Assembly: GCA_021106665.1 (NCBI GenBank)
Contig: JAIOTR010000004.1
Coordinates: forward strand, 1 to 24,001
Source of the DNA: Bacteroidales bacterium
GTDB taxonomy: Bacteria; Bacteroidota; Bacteroidia; Bacteroidales; JAADJA01
Direction of reading: 5' to 3'
Length of the DNA stretch: 24,001 nucleotides
Below, one piece after another: positions 17,256 to 24,001 of this stretch (positions are counted from its first letter, which is position 1; each line of letters opens with the position of its first letter). The position numbers were made by a program, and so were the translations under genes. The notes below the pieces were generated by a model, which was not told the origin of the DNA, ran no database searches, and saw only the letters and a program-made list of their open reading frames with translations.

Positions 17256-17870
17256 ATGCTTTGTGAAGATACGTACAAAACAATAGAGAAGGTTTCTGAA
17301 GGGATTTATAAGGAAAAGGGTAGTAAATTTATATCCTTTGCTTTTCCTGTGATAGATGAAAAGGACGTAAAAAGCAAAATAGAGGAGCTAAGAAAGGAAT
17401 ACCATGATGCAAGACATTATTGTTATGCATACAGGTTGGGTTTTGATAAATCGATTTACAGGGTTAATGATGATGGTGAACCATCAGGCACAGCAGGAAG
17501 ACCGATATACGGTCAGATAGTATCGAAAGACCTGACCAACATTATGGTAGTTGTTGTAAGATATTTTGGAGGTACTAAACTTGGAGTGAGCGGATTAATC
17601 AATGCATATAAAACAGCAACCAAAGAAGCGCTGGATAATGCACAAATTATTACAAAGACCATACAGGATATTTATCAGGTTAACTTTGACTATGAAAGTA
17701 TGAATGACGTGATGAAAATCATCAAAGAAGAGAATATAAATCAGATTTTTCATAGTTTTGATCTCAAATGTGTGATAAAGTTTAGTGTTCGAAAAAATAA
17801 TTCTAATAAGGTTTTTAAGAGGTTTAGTAAGATTAAGAATTTAAGGATAAATTATTTACACACAGAATAG
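17256..17870 (+). CDS. yigZ: YigZ/IMPACT family protein
   Basis: 204 aa. KGSKFI, HDARHYCYAYR, NDDGEPSGTAGRPI and VVVRYFGGTKLGVSGLINAY. Confidence 0.93.
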   Translation: MLCEDTYKTIEKVSEGIYKEKGSKFISFAFPVIDEKDVKSKIEELRKEYHDARHYCYAYRLGFDKSIYRVNDDGEPSGTAGRPIYGQIVSKDLTNIMVVVVRYFGGTKLGVSGLINAYKTATKEALDNAQIITKTIQDIYQVNFDYESMNDVMKIIKEENINQIFHSFDLKCVIKFSVRKNNSNKVFKRFSKIKNLRINYLHTE

Positions 17871-18082
17871 ACTATTTGCCTGGTATAATTGCGCGGATTG
17901 TTTATACGTTATTTTTTTTAGAAAATCAAGTGCTTTTTTATTTTTTTTTTAACTTTATTTAGTTGAATTTTGTTCAAAATTTCCATAACGCAGTAGGTTA
18001 TCCTCTTGTCGTAACGCTTTGAAAATTAATTAAATAGACGTGGTATTAATATATTAAATTGCTTCAATACAATTAGTTGCGA

Positions 18083-19519
18083 ATGAAAAAAAATTGTAAA
18101 GCTGTCTGGGAAAGTTGTCTTAATGTAATTAAGGATAATATAAGTCATCAAAGTTATAAAACCTGGTTCGATCCAATCAAACCGGTTAAGCTTAACGACA
18201 ATGTATTAACCATTCAGGTACCAAGTCAGTTCTTCTATGAATGGCTTGAGGAGCATTATATTACACTGCTCAAGAAAACCATCAAAAAAGAACTGGGAAC
18301 CGAGGGAAGGTTGGAATACAGTATTATTATGGAGAATTCATATAATAATTCGCCTCCATATACTGTAAATTTTCCAACATCAAATAAAATAGCAACTTCC
18401 AATCCTCCTGTGAACATGCCCATTGATTTGAACAAAGGTTCATCTAAGGATATTCCAAATCCCTTTATTATTCCCGGGCTTAAAAAGATTAAAGTTAATT
18501 CGCAGCTGAATGAAAACTATTCATTTGAAAATTTTATTGAAGGTGATTGTAACAGATTAGCCCGTTCAGCTGGTTTTGCGGTTGCCAGTAATCCTGGTAA
18601 AACAGCTTTTAATCCACTACTAATTTACAGCAATGTAGGATTAGGAAAAACACATTTAGCTCATGCAATTGGTTTGGAAGTTAAATCTAATTATCCGGAA
18701 AAAACCGTGTTGTATGTGACTTCTGAACAGTTTACGAATCAATATATTGATGGAGTCAAGAATAATAGTCAAAATGACTTTGTGCATTTTTATCAAATGA
18801 TCGATGTATTGATCGTTGATGATATTCAGTTTTTAGTAAAGAAGGAAAAAACACAGGAAGTTTATTTTCATATTTTCAATCACCTGCACCAAAATAACAA
18901 ACAGCTTATAATTACTTCTGACAAACCTCCTGTTGAAATGGAGGGTATGAATACTCGATTATTATCAAGGTTTAAATGGGGACTGTCAGCTGATTTGCAA
19001 GTGCCCGACCTTGAAACGCGAATTGCAATTATAGAGAAAAAATTATACAAAGATGGTGTTGAAATGCCAAAAGATGTAATTGAATATCTAGCTTATAGCA
19101 TAACAACAAACATTAGGGAATTGGAAGGAGCTTTAATTTCCATTCTTGCACAATCATCTTTAAATAAAAAGGCAATTACATTGGATTTGGCTAAAAAGAT
19201 GATTGATAAATTTGTGAAAAATACTTCCCGCGAAATATCAATTGATTATATTCAAAAAGTTGTTTGTGATTATTTTGGATTACCACTCGAAGCGATAAAT
19301 TCGAAAACAAGAAAGCGGGAAATTGTGCAAGCCAGGCAGTTAGCCATGTTTTTCTCGAAAAAACTCACCAAAGCGTCTTTAGCTACTATTGGTCTTCATT
19401 GTGGGAATAAAGATCATGCCACTGTGCTTCATGCCTGTAGAACCGTTAATAATCTGGTCGAAACTGATAAGCAATTCAGAAACTACGTTGAAGAGCTGGA
19501 TAAGAAGATTACTTTATAA
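18083..19519 (+). CDS. dnaA: Chromosomal replication initiator DnaA
   Basis: Domain I YKTWFDP, FENFIEGDCN, Walker A-like SNVGLGKT, Walker B VDDIQ, RLLSRFKWGL, sensor II NIRELEG, and domain IV ARQLAMF...KDHATVLHA. I prefer the ATG at 18083 over the TTG at 18077. Confidence 0.97.
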   Translation: MKKNCKAVWESCLNVIKDNISHQSYKTWFDPIKPVKLNDNVLTIQVPSQFFYEWLEEHYITLLKKTIKKELGTEGRLEYSIIMENSYNNSPPYTVNFPTSNKIATSNPPVNMPIDLNKGSSKDIPNPFIIPGLKKIKVNSQLNENYSFENFIEGDCNRLARSAGFAVASNPGKTAFNPLLIYSNVGLGKTHLAHAIGLEVKSNYPEKTVLYVTSEQFTNQYIDGVKNNSQNDFVHFYQMIDVLIVDDIQFLVKKEKTQEVYFHIFNHLHQNNKQLIITSDKPPVEMEGMNTRLLSRFKWGLSADLQVPDLETRIAIIEKKLYKDGVEMPKDVIEYLAYSITTNIRELEGALISILAQSSLNKKAITLDLAKKMIDKFVKNTSREISIDYIQKVVCDYFGLPLEAINSKTRKREIVQARQLAMFFSKKLTKASLATIGLHCGNKDHATVLHACRTVNNLVETDKQFRNYVEELDKKITL

Positions 19520-19629
19520 CAAATACTAAAATTTCTTGGATATTTAAATAATTTTTATTATCTTACCAGAGTTTAGTATATTAGTGAAAAACTAAAGATT
19601 TTATTGTGAAAAGTTTTAATTCGGTAGAT

Positions 19630-20100
19630 ATGAATGTCTTATTTCTATGTCATGCTAATATGTGCCGTTCTCCTTTGGCTGAAGGATTATTAAAGCTTAT
19701 ATTGAAAGAAAGAAATATCGATGCAAATGTTGATTCCGCAGGATTTGAAGTTTATCATATTAATGAATCACCCGATGATAGGGTAATTAATAAAGCGTTA
19801 CAGCATGGAATTGATCTTTCAAAGAAGAAGGTGAGATTATTTGCAAGGGATGATTTTGATAAATTTGATAAGATTTATGTAATGGACACCCTGGCGTATA
19901 GAAATGCTTCATACTTTGCAAGAAATGAGAAGGACAAAGCTAAATTAGATTATGTTATGAATCTGATCAAGCCGGGTTTAAATGAATCTGTTCCCGATCC
20001 TTTTTTTAGAAAACTTGAAGCTTGTGATGAAACATATGAAATTTTAACTAAAGCTTGTCGCAAAATTGCGGATACCATTTCCGAAGAGTACGTAAATTAA
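19630..20100 (+). CDS. Low-molecular-weight protein (tyrosine) phosphatase family
   Basis: Cx5R P-loop CHANMCRS followed by PLAEG, then VDSAG, FDKIYVMD and general-acid DPFF. ATG at 19630 places the P-loop at the usual N-terminal position; the ORF track uses GTG at 19606. Confidence 0.88.
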   Translation: MNVLFLCHANMCRSPLAEGLLKLILKERNIDANVDSAGFEVYHINESPDDRVINKALQHGIDLSKKKVRLFARDDFDKFDKIYVMDTLAYRNASYFARNEKDKAKLDYVMNLIKPGLNESVPDPFFRKLEACDETYEILTKACRKIADTISEEYVN

Positions 20101-20124
20101 TAATTTTACACTGACAATATTAAG

Positions 20125-21081
20125 TTGAATAATCCTCCTGATTTTAATAACATAAAGCAAGCAGCCAAACGGATAGAGCGGTACATTCACAGGACACCAG
20201 TTTACAAGTCGGACAACCTTAATGGTTTAGTTAATGCCGAGGTTTTTTTTAAATGTGAGAATTTTCAAAAAGCCGGGGCTTTTAAATCAAGGGGTGCTAT
20301 TAATGCAGTTTTTTCCTTATCAAAAAAGGAAATTGAAAAGGGTGTTTGTACACATTCATCCGGGAATCATGCGGCAGCTCTGTCCAGAGCAGCAGCTCTC
20401 AGGAAAACAATCGCATACATTGTAATGCCTGAGAATTCCTCCAAAGTTAAAATAGCAGCTGTAAAAAATTATGGAGGGAAAATTTCTTTTTGTGAGCCAA
20501 ACTTGGCATCAAGAGAGTCTACACTTAAAGATATCAAACAAAAGACCGGCGCTACAGAAATTCATCCATATAATGATTATCGAATAATTGCCGGCCAGGC
20601 GACTGCTGCCAAGGAATTATTTGAAGATATTGATCAACTGGATATTATTATTGCTCCGGTTGGTGGAGGAGGCCTTCTTAGTGGAACTGCTTTAGCAACT
20701 CACTATATTTCCTCCGGAACTAAAGTAATCGCAGTTGAACCGGCAGGCGCTGATGATGCTTATCGATCATTCTATCAGAATAAATTTATTCCTTCAGTTA
20801 ATCCGCAAACAATTGCTGATGGCCTTCTTACATCGCTGGGTACGCTAACTTTTCCAATAATAAAAAAACATGTAGACGTAATTCTAACCGTGAGCGAAAA
20901 GAGTATTCTCGAAGCGATGAAGTTGATTTGGGAAAGAATGAAAATAATTATCGAACCTTCATCTGCTGTTCCCTTTGCTGCGATTCTTGAGAATAAATCT
21001 TATTTCCTTAGCAAGAGAGTTGGAATAATAGTTTCCGGCGGAAATGTTGACCTCAATAAAATCCCATGGATAAATTCATAA
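20125..21081 (+). CDS. Fold-type II PLP enzyme, serine racemase / serine-threonine dehydratase family
   Basis: 318 aa, TTG start. HRTPV, PLP lysine in GAFKSRG (K54), THSSGNH, HPYND...IAGQAT, PVGGGGLLSG, EPAGADD, TIADGL, IEPSSA and SGGNVD. No ACT regulatory domain. Confidence 0.92.
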   Translation: MNNPPDFNNIKQAAKRIERYIHRTPVYKSDNLNGLVNAEVFFKCENFQKAGAFKSRGAINAVFSLSKKEIEKGVCTHSSGNHAAALSRAAALRKTIAYIVMPENSSKVKIAAVKNYGGKISFCEPNLASRESTLKDIKQKTGATEIHPYNDYRIIAGQATAAKELFEDIDQLDIIIAPVGGGGLLSGTALATHYISSGTKVIAVEPAGADDAYRSFYQNKFIPSVNPQTIADGLLTSLGTLTFPIIKKHVDVILTVSEKSILEAMKLIWERMKIIIEPSSAVPFAAILENKSYFLSKRVGIIVSGGNVDLNKIPWINS

Positions 21082-21096
21082 AGTGGCTTTGAAATT

Positions 21097-21804
21097 ATGA
21101 AAAAAGGCGTTTTATACCTCATTCCATCATTTTTATCTGAAACAGAATATGATAAAGTTTTTCCCACATTCAATAAGGAAATTATTCTGGATTTGGATGA
21201 ATTTATTGTAGAAGAATTACGCACTGCCCGCCGTTTTCTTAGAAAAATTGGATATAAGAAAGATTTTGATGAAATTAAATTTCATTTATTAAACGAACAC
21301 ACAGATGTTACCTTTATTGATAATTATCTTGAAAGTGTAATATTCGGAAAAGATCTCGGATTACTTTCAGAAGCCGGAATGCCCTGCATTGCTGATCCGG
21401 GAGCAGAAATTGTAATAATAGCCCAGCAAAAAAATATTCAGGTAATACCTCTGATTGGCCCTTCTTCTATTGTATTGGCATTAATGGCGAGTGGTTTTAA
21501 TGGTCAGAATTTTGTTTTTCATGGTTACCTTCCTATTGATAAAAGGGAAAGAAAGAAAAAACACCTTGAGTTAGAACTAAATGCCAAAAAAAATGATCAA
21601 ACCCAGATCTTTATTGAAACACCTTACAGGAATAACCAGATGTTTCAGAGTATTGTGGAGGTGTGTGCTGCAGAAACGTTACTTTGTGTAGCATGCAATA
21701 TTACAGGTGAAGACGAAAGTATTATTACTAAAAAAATTAAAGATTGGCGAAAAACAGAACCTTCTTTGCATAAGAAACCTGCTGTTTTTTTACTATACCA
21801 TTAG
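21097..21804 (+). CDS. SAM-dependent tetrapyrrole-methylase-fold methyltransferase (RsmI-like paralog)
   Basis: 235 aa. LYLIPS, EELRTARRFL, GLLSEAGMPCIADPG, PLIGPSSI, SGFNGQNFVFHGYLP and IFIETPYRN. Confidence 0.88.
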   Translation: MKKGVLYLIPSFLSETEYDKVFPTFNKEIILDLDEFIVEELRTARRFLRKIGYKKDFDEIKFHLLNEHTDVTFIDNYLESVIFGKDLGLLSEAGMPCIADPGAEIVIIAQQKNIQVIPLIGPSSIVLALMASGFNGQNFVFHGYLPIDKRERKKKHLELELNAKKNDQTQIFIETPYRNNQMFQSIVEVCAAETLLCVACNITGEDESIITKKIKDWRKTEPSLHKKPAVFLLYH

Positions 21805-21905
21805 TTTTTGAAAACCCAAAACACTCTTCCATTTTGAATGGTCATAAATGCATAAATACAGGAAGCACATACAATTTTATTTACTGATATACTATATCGT
21901 TGTTG

Positions 21906-21913
21906 TATATTTG
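21906..21913 (+). promoter_or_regulatory. -7 element TATATTTG for the CotH-family gene
   Basis: Exact TAnnTTTG match followed by CTC, 44 bp before the ATG at 21958, with an A-rich leader. Confidence 0.6.
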
Positions 21914-21957
21914 CTCTGTGTAAAAAAATAAATAAAAGTTCAAATACTGCTAAAATT

Positions 21958-24001
21958 ATGAATTCAAAAACTCTATACTTTCCATTATTCTTCTTAATTG
22001 TTTTGGGATTTTTTCAACTGCCTTTGTTCGGCCAGGTTGAAATTAACGAATATTCTGTATCGAATTTAAGTACAATTACCGATAATTATAATAAATACGA
22101 GGATTGGATTGAACTCTATAATACCGGACCCAACTCAGTTGATCTCGGCAATTATTATTTAAGTGATAAGCTGGCTAATCCGGGCAAATGGCAATTCCCT
22201 CCAGGTACAACTATTGCTCCGGGTGGATTTATCATTGTTTGGACTTCAGGAAGAGATGAGGTTTCAGGTGGGCACTACCACACCAATTTTAAATTAACCC
22301 AAACAAAAGACAATACTGAATACATTATGTACTCCAATCCTTTTGGAGTAGTTCTTGAACAATATCCGTTACAGATTACCCGGTTAGGACACTCTCGTGG
22401 CCGGACAACTAACGGATCGGTGAACTGGAGTGTATTTGCCACGGAGACTCCGGGTGCATCAAACAATACTTCCAATACTTATTCAGGATATGCTGAAAAG
22501 CCAACCATGAGCGTTGAAGCCGGATTTTATACAGGATCTGTATTGGTTGAAATAACTACAAATGAACCAAATTCAGAAATCCATTATACGACTAACGGAA
22601 CAGAACCCACTTCTGCGTCACCCTTATATACTGCTCCGATCAATATTACATCAACTACTACTTTAATCGCCAGAACCTATAGCAACAACAGTTCCATATT
22701 AAAAAGTCTTGTGGTATTCAATACCTATTTTATAGATGTTACACATTCTTTGGCTGTAATGTCAACATCGGCGGCACAACTTGACGATCTCTTAAATGGA
22801 AATCAATCACTCAGGCCATTTGGTACTTTTGAATATTTTAACGAACAGGGAGTAAGAACCACATATGGTTATGGTGAATTTAATGAGCATGGCCAGGATT
22901 CGTGGGTTCATGACCAGCGAAGCATTGATTATATTTCACGGGATGAATGTGGTATCAATTATGCCATCAGGGATACGATCATTCCATTGACTGATAGGAA
23001 AAATTTTCAACGAATTATTCTCAGGGCAGCTGGTGATGATAATTATCCCGGTATAGATACAAGCGCTCTTTTGCGGGACTTCTTCGTACAAAATACAGCT
23101 GAAAGAGGAGGAATGAACCTGGATGTTCGAAAGGGAGAAAAAGGTGTTTTATATGTGAACGGAATATACTGGGGGATATATGGTTTCCGTGAAAAAGTGA
23201 GTGACCATGATTTTACTGATTATTATTACGACCAGGATAAGTACCATCTTTATTACCTTAAGCTATGGGGTAGGAGCTGGGCTGAATATGGTGGGCAGGA
23301 GGCCTGGGACGACTGGAATACGCTCCATGATTTCATCAAATACAATAATATGGCAAATCAGTCTAATTTCGATTATGTAAAATCACAGTACGATTACACC
23401 AGCCTGGTGGATTATGTTCATATCAATTCTTTTGTAGTTTGCTCCGACTGGATCAACTGGAATGTGGGTTGGTGGAAAGGAACAGATCCAGCCGGTGAGC
23501 ACCAGAAATGGGGCTATGTATTGTGGGATGAAGATGCTACTTTTGCGCATTATATCAATTATACGGGCGTTCCGCAAATAAGTCCCTATGCTTCACCCTG
23601 TTTCCCGGAAGGATTGACCAATGACCCGGAAGAGCACATTTATATATTGAACAAGCTGATGGATAACCCTGAATTTGAGCAGTATTACATTACCCGCTAT
23701 ATCGATCTGTACAATACAGTTTTCCAACCTGATAGAATGATCGGATACCTGGATACCATTGCAGCTAAAATGGCTACAGAAATCCCTAACCAGGTTGCCC
23801 GTTGGGGAGGAAGTGTTTCCGAATGGGAAAACAATGTTCAGAAAATCAGGAATTTTATAAACAACAGGTATGGCTATCTTCCCACTGGATTTAATGACTG
23901 CTGGAACCTTACAGGGCCTTACGCAATTTCAATTGATGTTGAACCGGCCGGTGTGGGCATCGTTCAACTTAATTCACTTACATTAGATGAGTTTGTCTGG
24001 A
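21958..24001 (+). CDS. Secreted CotH-kinase family protein with lamin-tail and chitobiase/Fn3-like domains (3' truncated by window)
   Basis: Translated by hand; open for 681 codons to the window end. Signal MNSKTLYFPLFFLIVLGFFQLPLFG-Q. Lamin-tail domain (INEY...DWIELYN...YYLSD...KWQFP, TPGASN). Fn3-like GFY...IHYTTNGTEP. CotH core (YVNGIYWGIYGFREK, DWINWN, WDEDATF). Confidence 0.88.
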   Translation, partial: MNSKTLYFPLFFLIVLGFFQLPLFGQVEINEYSVSNLSTITDNYNKYEDWIELYNTGPNSVDLGNYYLSDKLANPGKWQFPPGTTIAPGGFIIVWTSGRDEVSGGHYHTNFKLTQTKDNTEYIMYSNPFGVVLEQYPLQITRLGHSRGRTTNGSVNWSVFATETPGASNNTSNTYSGYAEKPTMSVEAGFYTGSVLVEITTNEPNSEIHYTTNGTEPTSASPLYTAPINITSTTTLIARTYSNNSSILKSLVVFNTYFIDVTHSLAVMSTSAAQLDDLLNGNQSLRPFGTFEYFNEQGVRTTYGYGEFNEHGQDSWVHDQRSIDYISRDECGINYAIRDTIIPLTDRKNFQRIILRAAGDDNYPGIDTSALLRDFFVQNTAERGGMNLDVRKGEKGVLYVNGIYWGIYGFREKVSDHDFTDYYYDQDKYHLYYLKLWGRSWAEYGGQEAWDDWNTLHDFIKYNNMANQSNFDYVKSQYDYTSLVDYVHINSFVVCSDWINWNVGWWKGTDPAGEHQKWGYVLWDEDATFAHYINYTGVPQISPYASPCFPEGLTNDPEEHIYILNKLMDNPEFEQYYITRYIDLYNTVFQPDRMIGYLDTIAAKMATEIPNQVARWGGSVSEWENNVQKIRNFINNRYGYLPTGFNDCWNLTGPYAISIDVEPAGVGIVQLNSLTLDEFVW

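Noticed and set aside
17881-17889. TGGTATAAT, a perfect sigma70 extended -10 upstream of dnaA
   Set aside because: The Bacteroidota primary sigma factor uses -7/-33 elements, so this is probably chance or an imperfect -7 (TATAATTG).
18165-18174. GGTTCGATCC resembling a tRNA T-loop
   Set aside because: It lies inside dnaA (WFDP codons), with no cloverleaf around it.
19630-20100. Arsenate reductase ArsC call
   Set aside because: It has RSPLAEG rather than RSQMAEG, DP followed by aromatic residues, and no ars genes nearby.
355-23577. Short ORFs in the track overlapping long genes (e.g. 355-606, 2885-3202, 6569-6892, 11425-11715, 13456-13881, 22275-22475, 23383-23577)
   Set aside because: They are antisense or off-frame shadows of well-supported genes, with no recognisable motifs.
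19630-24001. LMW phosphatase and CotH kinase as a cognate kinase-phosphatase pair
   Set aside because: The phosphatase is cytoplasmic and the kinase has a signal peptide and its own promoter.
1-24001. CRISPR arrays, IS elements, prophage or integrase genes, rRNA or tRNA
   Set aside because: No repeat-spacer pattern, transposase or integrase ORF was seen, and no intergenic gap exceeds about 220 bp or shows RNA-gene structure.

Overview
Low-GC chromosomal core region of a Bacteroidota bacterium. The assignment rests on the T9SS translocon sprA, TAnnTTTG -7 promoter elements, A-rich leaders without Shine-Dalgarno motifs, and Gln at +1 of signal peptides. Gene order: DUF5723-like outer-membrane barrel (+), MORN/YwqK-repeat lipoprotein (+), TonB-family protein, gcvH, sprA, ruvA (all -), maeB (+), ygeW and ygeY (-), then yigZ, dnaA, LMW phosphatase, serine racemase/dehydratase-like PLP enzyme, RsmI-like methyltransferase and a secreted CotH-kinase protein (+, truncated by the window end and absent from the ORF track). 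I found no RNA genes, CRISPR arrays or mobile elements. Most of the window is ordinary housekeeping. The best leads are: (1) a stand-alone ygeY-ygeW pair without the rest of the anaerobic purine-catabolism cluster and with apparent motif substitutions; (2) a RuvA whose acidic pin is rewritten and extended; (3) a perfect 13-bp inverted repeat plus U-tract directly before the sprA start; (4) a PLP enzyme carrying the serine-racemase signature; (5) two unannotated hydrophobic small ORFs. All reference-protein comparisons are from memory and need a real alignment.
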